A stretch of 64,000 bases of DNA, taken from NCBI GenBank assembly GCA_051294905.1, contig CM119383.1, positions 6,572,001 to 6,636,000 of the forward strand, given 5' to 3'. Source of the stretch: Botryllus schlosseri (taxonomy: Eukaryota). Of the stretch, positions 1-11,600 are shown piece after piece (the stretch's first letter is position 1; the number at the start of each line of letters is the position of its first letter). A program made the position numbers and the translations under genes. The notes beneath the pieces were generated by a model. The model was given only the letters and a program-made list of their open reading frames with translations, was not told the DNA's origin and searched no databases.

Positions 1-1557
1 GCTTGTCCTTTAATAAAATAAATAAAACATCTAATTTCAAACTGATTCAAAACCTCGTGAGGTAACGTTAGGGCTAGAAACATGTTCGATTTGACTTAAA
101 GTACAAGACGTTTCATTTGACGACATGCGAGCGACAAATACAGAACAGATACGAGCTCACTCATCGCTGAGCAGCGCAGTTTGATCATTAGCTTTCGATT
201 CATTTATTTTGTGCAGGACCGTAACTGGGGCACCCCAAACCGCCCAATCGGAGAGGCGCCGAGCTTGAAAAGGGCCCAAAATTATTTCGTAAATGAATAT
301 AAATCAAAGCGTTTTACTTGAAACATTTTCTAACATTTTTCAATTTCTTTTCGGGCTTTGCACGATTTAGTGTCCCTAAATGCCTTATTAGGTGCCCTTA
401 TTTCTCCGAGAAATACGCATGATTTATAGGCATGTTGGCGTCAGCCATTGCCGCACCACGACGTTTCCACACATAATGAAGTTTAGGTTAACATATGGGA
501 CTCCGAAATTTGGGCCTAAAATTCGACCGCGAGAAAAGCGCTTCAGTCGTGAATGATCGAAAATTGTCGCCATTGTCGCGGTAAGGTACGTAAACTCCCT
601 GCTTACGGTGAGTAGAATGGATGGGATCACAAGTACAGGTGAAAACATCCACCCAAGTGTAGGGTCTTGGTGCGAAGCCCCCGAAAGTTTGGCTTATCAA
701 CCTGTGGGGGGCCTATCAACGTTTTTTGGGGTGGGCTGACGAAGTGCTTTTTCGGCCCGGATTTGCGGATGGCTGGTATAGCTGCTGTAATGTGCTTTCT
801 TGCGGCACGCACTGTATTCGCAGTTGTCGGAGTAGCCTGCGTCTGGTGGCAGTGGGCAATGAGCAAGGGAGCACGACAAGGTGCTTGGTTCGACTCCGAT
901 ACGGTTCTTCTTTTGATATTGTCGGTCGGTATTGAGTTGGCGTGGCCGTTTAAACCCACGACCTTTGGCGCGAAAGACTGTAAACGACTTGCAGCGGTAG
1001 CACATTTATCTGGACAAGGAAATTTTACCTCGACTTGGCAAACTCACTACCATAAAATCACATGGATGCCGTCATGAATATCATTAAATACGATCAAAAC
1101 CCTCCAAATGTCACTCTCTAGCATCATATAATTGCCAAAAACGGTTACATTTTGGCTTCATTTCAATTTTGACAGTTCACCGGTCCGCCAGACATTTTTT
1201 GAAATTTTACCGGTCCGCGAGGCGAAAAAGGTTGAGAACCACTGGCCTAGGCCAAGGTGGGTGTCAGATTCCATAGACTAATCCTTGTCGCTTCGACATC
1301 TTCCTGTCTTTTCATTGTATCGCATTTTTGTGGTGTATTGAACTGATAAAATTGCTAATAAACCAATGATGATGATGATGAAGAAAACTGTAGATTTCTG
1401 TTCTCTGATTTTACCTTAACCAAACCTCTTGTTTTATTGAAGTTGAATTCGAATATAGTTTTTACATAGTCCTCAACCATTGGTGCAGGCTCGAGTTGTA
1501 TCATATCAATTTGTAAATGGGTAATGCATTGCATCTTATCAATTTGTTTCTCTATTC

Positions 1558-1790
1558 TAGGCTTACCATATTTTGGAAATCTAAAAAGAGGACACTTTTT
1601 CAGAAATTTCAGACTTGCAAAACCGGAGAAGAATTGTCAAAAACCGGTGAACTTTTCCCACTTTGTGATCGGTTGACTAAAAAAAAAGGTCATCTTTTCG
1701 CTCAGATCTCAAAATACCGTTTTTCTCTCCACATTGCCAGGTGGATGAATAAATAAAAAAGTTCATCTTTTCGCTCAGAGCTACGTCTTT
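1558..1790. mobile_element. Partial inverted copy of the 51461-51773 MITE
   Basis: Begins TAGGCTTACCATATTTTGGAAAT and matches the reverse complement of ~51630-51773; interrupted after a duplicated TCATCTTTTCGCTCAGA. A related right end TATGGTAACCCTA occurs near 55422-55434. Confidence 0.75.
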
Positions 1791-2692
1791 AACTCTATAA
1801 TCGTTCCGATCGGTTCGGGATCAATGACCACCTAATCATAGACAGCTACCAAAATGCAATGACGTAGACCTAATCATGCCTCATACTCCGAAAATCGATT
1901 GATTCGACTTGACTCGAGTCAAAATGTGTAATAACTCGAAATGACTCTTGACTCGAAGGCAGTGACTTGATCCCAACACTGGGTTAGGGATAAGATTGCA
2001 ACACTGTCAAGAGTTAAATTTGGTCGATTTATGAAATTGGGAAAATTCATAGCGAAAAATAATCAGGCGTAATAGAGCAATTCTGAGCTCAGAATCGGAT
2101 TCAGCAACTGAAAATTAGCCTGAATCAATCACCTACCTAGGTTAGTTATCTATAGTTTTTGACAGTGGTCGGAACTAGGAAGCCCTTTTAGTCGAAGGAG
2201 TAATATATTTACCCTATATTTTCAATTGTGAATGCAAATCCACTCCGACGTCACAGTTAAAGATTGGTGACGTCATGGCTAGAAAACATATTTTAGAAAA
2301 CAATAAAAAAACATGTTTTAAACAAATGCCATGTTTTAAAAATGTTTATTTTAAAATGATTTTTTTTCTAAATGAGACCCTAGGCCTGCTGCAACTCATG
2401 CTGTCAACGACGGAACTGTGTTCGAGCTCAATCCTTGCATTTGACCTTCTTCGGGCCTTTTAAAGACACCGTAAGAACATCGATGCAAGGGGAGGTGCCC
2501 AGATAAACCGACGACCCTTATGTCATATGAGTGCTACGCAGAAACTCGAACCGCATGCATATTGCATAGTCTCTCGTTCCGCGCCCGTGGGGCGTGGATA
2601 GAGTAACTGTGAATTGTGCAACCATGGGTAATGAGATCAATGCATTTAATACAGCAATATAAGCATTAGGCATATGCCACGTTAAAATCAAT

Positions 2693-5600
2693 TTATTTCA
2701 TTCGGATTTTCATTTCGGTACGCTTCATGGAATACAGCTTGGTAGATTTCCAGTGATACCAAGATACACCGTCCATTGGGTCTGACATACCAACGGAATA
2801 CGCTCCACCGGGGTAGTACTTTCCGTTGAGATTAGACAAATTGCAGTTGGTAAACCACCAACCACCTTTCAAACTCGCAGCACAGTTTCCATCGATATCA
2901 CTGTCATTATCGTGGTCTTTAGTTGAAAATCCCATTCCGCTGGCATCCGACAAAGAGTCTCCAGCGTTACCCGAATATCCACTAAGCTTCAGCTTGTAGT
3001 TCTGTTTCGAACCTCCGATGGAGAATTCCCTATATAAATCGAAAATATCTGTATTGTTACAGGAAGCATGAATATTGTATCATGTATAGTTCAATCTGGT
3101 CATTCACATCACTAAACTGTAAATCCATGGGTGTATTCATAATATTTCCACCATTGCCTGGGTGTTAATCAGTTTAACATCACTTTCAGGTACCAACTTG
3201 CGCTTTCACATCCATTCCAAAGGGTGAAAACGAGTAAAAAGGCACGTCTAGAACACGTAGATAGAATCCACCACACCCCTGGGATTTATATTCATATGGA
3301 TTGGTGTGTTTGACTCATTTTCGCCATTTGAAAGGGGTGTAAAACATAGCTTGCTACCTCTAAGTGCCGTTGATCTATAGTTTACACCCCATGATATGGT
3401 GGAAATTTGATTCATACACCTATTTTTACACACATGAATTTACAGTGACTCGCACACCAAGCATTGAAATGACTGAAGTCGCGATTTCGGACTTCAAGAG
3501 CCATAAACATCACGGCTCAATAAACCTTGTATGACCTTTGTGACGTAACTGTTATAGAGTTCATTGCCGTTCAGTTTCGCCCTCATTGCCTGCTTTGTAT
3601 CAGTTGCTAATATTTGGACTATCAATCTTATTCAATCGTATTTACATCGCAATTTTTATAGATCCTAAAATAATTATTATGAATAGTCTGATTTGAAATT
3701 TGTAACTGTCCTCAAGGAAACACCGTCAAGTAAGTATATATTGATTTATCCGGTACTAAACAATTTGTGTTAATTTGCTGTGTATTAATGCTTTCAGAAA
3801 ACCGTTTTTCGTCTGTATAAAATAAAAACCAACGAAGCAGGCAGAAACGCGTCATCTTGGGGTGTTGGATAGGACAGTTATATATCCATTGTGTATATGT
3901 GGAAGATTCCACCCCTCTTTCGCGGTTACATAAAGTTTTTTGACGAATTCCATCAACAAGTGCACCAATCAACAAAGAAAACTCAACTGTCATTGTCATG
4001 GATTTCAACAACCAAACCAAAGATCCTGATCTGGATGTGACGCCGAGATGCGAAGAAGACATCAAAGTCACCAAAACAAAAGACAAACCAAAGTCTTCAA
4101 GGTCTCATGGTGCCAGATCAAAATCATCAGTTCAAACGAGATCCATGTCAAAGGCTTTAGAGCACAAATACTTGAAAGCAAAAAGTTCAAGCAAATCAAG
4201 TTCAAGTCATCGGTCATCAACAGGTACCGGTACTTCTACATCAAGTCATTCAACTAAATCTCGCTATAGTGGAATGAATGTTGAAAATGTCGTAAATTAT
4301 CACCGGAAACTGCAAGAAATAAGCTCTGCACGAGCAAAACAGGATATTGAAGATATCCAGGCTTCAATGAACACTGAAATACAATCAATTAAAAATCAAA
4401 CTGCGTTGGCCCGAGCCAATCTACAAGAACAAAAAAAGAAGTTAGCAGAAGATCTACGAAAGAAACTAGACGAAGAAAAGAGGAAGTTGGAGGAAGAACA
4501 GAGGAAGTTGGAGGAAGAGCAGAGGAAGTTGGAGGAAGAAGAACAAGAACTACAAAGACGGCAAAATCAACAATGTGAAATGATTAAACAAAGGATGCAG
4601 CAAAATGCTGACGAAACAGCTCGCCGTGTAAGACGAGAACATTTGCAAAATACATGTGAACTAGAACTAGAACTCACTAGACGTGGTGTATCAACGCAAA
4701 GTTCACCTCAACTGACAGCGGAAGAACTGCAGCCATCTGAAAACAGGAGCCTGGCTCCTCAAGTAAGCAATGTTCCAGAACAACTACAGCAAGCAAGTGC
4801 TGCTATTCAACCTACGAACAATGTAATAACTTCAATTGCTGAAGCGTCTACAAGTGTTGCTCCAAATGTAACTCCACCGATATCTTCGAATACTTCATAC
4901 GCAGGTGTGGCTATTCCTTTTAATATGTCTCACAGTTCTCGCCAAATGTCTAATGCTATGAATGAGAATGTTTGTGTGCGTGAAAGATCTAACAGTAACT
5001 GTGTGACTGCTCGTTTGAACGCATGCATTGCACCCAAAAATCAATCGCCTGTAATTGATGCCGAAAATAGTCGCCTTGTTGTAGCACCTCCCATGATTGA
5101 TACACAAATAACTCCTAATTTGCCTAGTTCCTTTGCATCTGGTAGCGTACAACCCTTTGTGCCAGCTAATTCAAATCAAGCAGCTACAGCAGGCTGCGCA
5201 GTTCAAACAGCTGCAAACTCTGATCTCAATGTAAAGCCTAACCAACCGACAAGCTTGTTTCAATGTGAGAATCCGTATGTCATTCACCAGGTTAAACCTA
5301 GTGATAAAATTGTCCCATTAAAGTTGGAACCAAAATGTTTTAGTGGCGACCCAATTGAATTTGATACATTCAAGGAAATGATAAATGCTACTTTGAATCG
5401 TCAACCATGGTCGCAAAAGCAGAAGTTGATGCATCTTTTGCAATATACCCGTGGTATTGCCAATACTTTTGTTAAAGCTTGTGAGGATATGGAAAACTGC
5501 TTTGATGAAGCTCTTGCAGTCTTGAGAGACAATTTTGGTCAACCGTTCCAAATAAGTGACCGCTACATAAACACTGTTACAAATGGCTCGAAACTCGTAG

Positions 5601-8600
5601 AAGGTGACAACGATTCTCTCCTCTTATTTCATGCATTGTTAACCGCCTGCACAAATAAGTTAACCAAATTTGGAAGAATTTGTGATGTTTCACGCTCCAT
5701 GGTTGAACAAATTGCCGAGAGACTTCCCCCTTCTTGGCAGCCTGGTTGGAGAACCTTAGTGGCGGAGGTCACTTTTGACCTGAAAACCGAACTGACTGTT
5801 GAGCATGTAAATGACTATGTTCGCCAGAAAATTAGAGAAATCACTAGTAAATATACCAACCCTAATCATGAAATATCCAAGAAGCAAGTTACGGGTGTAT
5901 TCAAAGCTGGCAAGCCCAAGGCATCATTCAGCACACAAGTTGTGACTCCAACATTGGAACTTTGTTTCATGTGCAACGAAAAGCATTTCTTGAATCAATG
6001 TATCCAGTTCCGCAAAATGCAGTATCCTGATCGCGTTGAATTCGTCAAAACCAAAAGGCTCTGCTTCAAGTGTCTAAAGTCAGGACACTTCGGAAAAGCA
6101 TGCAAACGCATTCAAGCTTGTATAAGGCCTGGTTGCAAAGGCAATCATACAACACTTCTTCACCCACCTGAAGAAAAGATAAAAGAGGTTGCTAACAAAA
6201 CCTTGGATTCGGCAAATGAACAAATTGAAGGCCAAGGCAAAATTTCTGATTCAAAAGAAGCTACCTCTTTCTTCAGTGCTTCCTGCGATGACAATGAATA
6301 TGATGATGATGAATGTGTGACTTTGAATGTAGTTTTGGCAAGACTACGGATCGTTGGCACTGACAAGTACATCGTCACCTTGGCATTGATTGATAATGCA
6401 AGCAATTGTTCATTCATATCTGAAGAACTCGTGAAACTACTCGGTCTTGCTGGGCCCGAGCGAAACGTAACTTTCCAAACAATCGAACCATCTAAAAATA
6501 CCAAGAAGTCAACCATTGTTCGTGGTTTAGAGATTTCTGATTACGAGGGATCAGAATACGTACCTCTGAAGTCACTGATATCTACAGAGAAAATCGCTCT
6601 GGACAACGACCTGCGGCCAACACAAAGTGATGTACATCAATTTCAACAATTTGAAGACATTCCAATTCCAGATCTTTCTGGAGACATCGGTCTGCTGATT
6701 GGTAAAAACAACCCCAAAATTCATAAGCCTCTGGAAACTATATATGGACCTGAGGATTACTTCGCAGTGAAAAGTGCCATCGGATGGATGTTTACATGCC
6801 CAAAACAATCCGAACCTTTCAAACCTCACTCCTATTTCATTCAAACCAATCCAAACCCTTTGTGCAGGATGTGTCACGATGATGTCAATTCCATAGCAAA
6901 TGACAAAACTGAACTCTCTGTAAATGATAAACTATTTATGGAAAAGGTGTCATCGACAATCCTACTTGACTCGAACGGGCACTACCAAATGGAATTACCA
7001 TTGAAACATCCGGATTTAACACTGCCCGACAACAAACATCAAGCAAAACAAAGAATCAATTATCTGCAGAAAAGATTCCAAAAGGATCCAAAGTTCTTCG
7101 ATGAATACAAAGTTTTCATGTCTGACATGATCACAAATGGATATGCCGAGAAGGTTCACAATGATGGGCCAGTTGGTAAAACCTGGTACCTGAGCCATCA
7201 CGGTGTGTATCACCCTGAAAAGAAGACTATCCGCGTTGTTTTCGATGCATCTGCGAAATTCAATAACCTGGCGTTGAACGACCTTCTGTTACAGGGGCCA
7301 GACCTAACAAACAACCTTGTTGGTGTTTTATCGCGCTTTCGCAGAAATGAAGTTGCGATCCAAGGTGACATTCGATCAATGTTCCACCAGGTTAAGGTTG
7401 ATGAATCTGATAGAGACCTGTTACGCTTCCTGTGGTGGAAGGATAATGACCCAAACCAACAACTTGAAACGTACCGCATGACTGTGTTTTTATTTGGGAC
7501 TGTGAGCAGCCCTAGCTGTGCCAACTTTGCTCTACGAACTGTCGCTGAAGACAACAAAAATGCCTATGACATTGATGTCATAAATGCGGTTCAAAAGAAC
7601 TTCTACGTTGATGATTTTCTTGATTCCTGTGAGGATACTCCTGCTGCAATTCGTCGTGTGGAAGATGTCAGCTCTCTGCTAAGCAAAGGTGGATTTGAAC
7701 TGACAAAATGGGCAAGCAATTGCAGAGAAGTACTGGCAGCAATACCAGAATCAAACAGAGCCAAAAACCTGAAAAATATTGACTTGTTAACTGATGAGCT
7801 ACCGATGGAGAAGACATTGGGGCTTGCGTGGAATATAGAAGATGATTCGTGGTGCTTCCGCGTCAAAGAAAAACACAAACCTTGTACCAGAAGAGGAATT
7901 CTGAGTATCGTGAACTCAATTTTTGATCCGCTGGGAATAGCGCAAACTATAGTGCAACCAATGAAGGTATTGATGCAGCACTTATGCAAAAATAGTTACA
8001 ATTGGGATGACCCGTTACCTGAAGAAGCCAGAAAGATTTGGTGCGACTGGTTATCTCAACTACAGAAGCTTGAAAACTTTACGATTCCAAGATGTTTCAA
8101 ACCGTCAAAGTTTGGACAGGTGACAAGAATCGAACTTCACCACTTCTCAGATGCCTCCGAGTTGTGCTATGGTGCAGTATCTTATCTGAGATATGTGAAT
8201 GATGCAGGGGAGATTCACTGTTCTTTTGTCTGTGGAAAAACAAGACTCGCCCCCATCAAAGGTTCTACCATTCCGAGAATGGAGTTGTGCGCTGCAACAA
8301 TATCTGCCAGTTATAACAAATTTCTGCTAAAAGAGCTGGACCTGCCTATTGACGATTCATACTTCTGGACTGACAGCACAACTGTTTTGCGATATCTCAC
8401 AAACAAAGACAAAGCTTTCAAAACCTTTGTTGCGAACAGAATCAATATGATCAAAGAGTCTTCAGAATTATCAGACTGGAGATATGTACCTTCAAAACAA
8501 AACCCTGCTGATATTGCTTCTCGGGGCCAGACTGTTTCTGAATTCTTGACTTGCGACATGTGGAAATTCGGTCCAGAATTCTTGTGGAAAGATTCTTCGG

Positions 8601-11600
8601 AGTGGCCTCAACAACCAACATTTCTAGAGGAGTTATCTTGTGATGACCCTGAAATCAAAAAGCCAAACAAATTGTGTTTTCTTACAATTACCACATCAAA
8701 TTCTGTTCTTGATGAACTCATCTTCAAGATCTCATGCTGGACTCGACTGAAAAGGGTGCTGGCATGGGTCTTGCGCTTCAAAAATAATCTTCTTGCCAAA
8801 GCGAGAAACAAACAACCAAATGCAAAGCTGACAAACAAGGCATTGACTTTAACCGAAGTTAAAGCTGCTGAAGAAATGCTTATACGTCAAAGGATGGAGG
8901 CAGAAATCAAAATGCTCCTATTGGTTACGACTCAAAACATCCGATAATCATCCCAAAAAAGAGTCCAATTGCAGAATTGGTCATTCGAGATGCTCATGTT
9001 TCATGTGGCCACAGTGGCCGGGAATATGTTATAGCCCAAGTCAGAGAAAGATTTTGGATTGTCACAATCAATTCCAAAGTACGATCCGTTCTGAAAAATT
9101 GTGTCTCATGTAGGAAACGTCAACGAAAACCAGAATCTCAACAAATGTCTGATCTACCATCTGATAGATTAACTCCGAATGACCCGCCGTTCCACGCAGT
9201 TGCGGTTGACTGTTTTGGTCCGTTTTTGGTAAAACGTGGTAGATCTGAGTTAAAACGATATGGCGTTTTGTTCACTTGCCTAACCACTCGCGCTGTCCAT
9301 ATTGAAATTGCGAATAGTTTAGACACTGATTCTTTCATTATGGCACTGCGTCGCTGCATTGCACGCCGTGGACAAATCAGTTTGATACGGTCAGATAATG
9401 GCAGCAACTTCACATCAGGTGAGAAGGAGTTGAGACAAAACATTTTAACTTGGAATCAAACAAAAATACAAGATTTTTTGGTGCAAAAACAAATAACTTG
9501 GTTGTTTCAGACCCCTTGTGCATCCAATCATGGTGGTGTATTTGAAAGACAAATTCGTACAGTGCGAAAGATTTTGGGTGCTTTGTGTGATGAACAAATA
9601 TTGTCTGATGAATCGCTATTAACATTGATGTGCGAATGTGAATCAATTATGAATAATCGCCCCATTTCAACTGTGTCTAGTGATCCACATGATTTGACCC
9701 CAATAACCCCTAACAGTCTGTTGTTGTTGAAAGATAAACCCATGCTACCACCTGGTGTGTTCAATGTCAAAGATGTTTACTCCCGAAAAAGATGGAGACA
9801 AGTCCAGTACTTGGCTGATCTTTTTTGGACAAGGTGGAAGAAACAATACCTTCCACTACTTCAGATTCGCCAAAAATGGAATGAAAAGAAAAGAAATATC
9901 ACTGTAGGTGATGTTGTGCTTGTATTGGAACAAAACCTACCTCGTAACATGTGGTTGCTAGGTCGTGTGATTGAAACCCTACCTGACAAGTCTGGGTTGG
10001 TGAGAAGCGCGAGAGTGTTTACCAAAACGAATATTTTGAAACGACCCATAAACAAATTGGTGCTTCTCTGTGAAGCTCGTGACTATTGAGAGCTGAAATT
10101 TGTTACAGTTTTTTGAGTATTGTAACCTTTCGTTTCTTTGTGTTTTTATTGTGAATTTGCAGTTGTGTAAAAATTGCCAAACTTGCATAAATTCAAATTT
10201 TCAATTTTTAAAGGGCCAGGATGAAGTCGCGATTTCGGACTTCAAGAGCCATAAACATCACGGCTCAATAAACCTTGTATGACCTTTGTGACGTAACTGT
10301 TATAGAGTTCATTGCCGTTCAGTTTCGCCCTCATTGCCTGCTTTGTATCAGTTGCTAATATTTGGACTATCAATCTTATTCAATCGTATTTACATCGCAA
10401 TTTTTATAGATCCTAAAATAATTATTATGAATAGTCTGATTTGAAATTTGTAACTGTCCTCAAGGAAACACCGTCAAGTAAGTATATATTGATTTATCCG
10501 GTACTAAACAATTTGTGTTAATTTGCTGTGTATTAATGCTTTCAGAAAACCGTTTTTCGTCTGTATAAAATAAAAACCAACGAAGCAGGCAGAAACGCGT
10601 CATCTTGGGGTGTTGGATAGGACAGTTATATATCCATTGTGTATACGTGGAAGATTCCACCCCTCTTTCGCGGTTACAATGACTTAACATTATTGACGTT
10701 TTAGGGTTACTAGCATTACTGTCATTATAAATTCATAACCTCAAGGTACAGAATATCCGAAGTAGAAGGCAAGCAAATTATGATTTCGGTGTCCTAAATT
10801 CTTTGATAGGAATTGACGGCAAATATACACGAAGGCTATAATTATTCAACGACCACACGAATGTATTTTGCGTTCCAATAACATTTATAAAAGTCCATTG
10901 ACAAACACATCCCACCATCGTTCACATCCATGCATAACATCAACCGCTTGTAGCCTATATGCCTACATATTTGATGCTGCTATAATATATTGTACTTGTA
11001 TTTAGCGAAGCTCCGCTTTCCTTTCCAGTCCCATAGATCGATTCGAAGTTCATATTCTCCACTACGAAGAAGCTTATTCAAAGTCTCGAATCCTAAAATA
11101 GATTAATAAAATAATGCAAGCAATTGTACCGCGTTGAAACGCCATATATACCGAGCCAAAATTCTTTTGAGAGTCGCCCAAAACCATTTGAATAGTCATT
11201 CCAGTTTCTATCGAAGTTAAGTTTTCCATTTTGACGGGACTGGAAAACCTGTGTTTCGAAACTCAATAAACAAACTGTTTAGACTGGACAAAAATAGTAT
11301 AGAATCCATAAATTAGATTTATCCTTACGATCCAACCGCCGCCGTCAGTCTTCGTGTCGCACAATACTCTTATTCCTTGTGGGTAAGATAGGCCGTAAAT
11401 TGTATATATTCCCGAGCTGCCTGACTTCGGACATTCTGCAAACGTGAGAATGGAGATAATGAAAGTATAGCAGAATAGGACAATCGACTTATTTAGTTAT
11501 ATTTACTCGGGATAAAACTGGGATTCATGCTCAGCTAGCGAAACAGACGAGACTCACGAGACAATTAATATAGGCTATATATAATGATGACCGTAAATCA

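Larger units (their letters stand above)
3474..10678 (+). mobile_element. BEL/Pao LTR retrotransposon, near full length, inserted in the last intron of the fibrinogen-domain gene
   Basis: TG...CA LTRs at 3474-3930 and 10222-10678; 5-bp TSD ATGAC (3469-3473 and 10679-10683); purine-rich tract AAAGGGCCAGGA before the 3' LTR; domain order gag-PR-RT-RH-IN with BEL-type motifs. Confidence 0.97.

Noticed and set aside
424-1077. Overlapping ORFs, including a 136-aa hydrophobic + strand ORF, and a GGTTCGACTCC B-box-like motif near 888
   Set aside because: No recognisable domain, no consistent splice path and no tRNA cloverleaf. It may be part of a gene outside the window but cannot be supported.
6373-6400. 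Protease motif D-N-A-S instead of D-S/T-G
   Set aside because: BEL/Pao proteases tolerate variation after the catalytic Asp; a single copy cannot show whether this is functional or a mutation.
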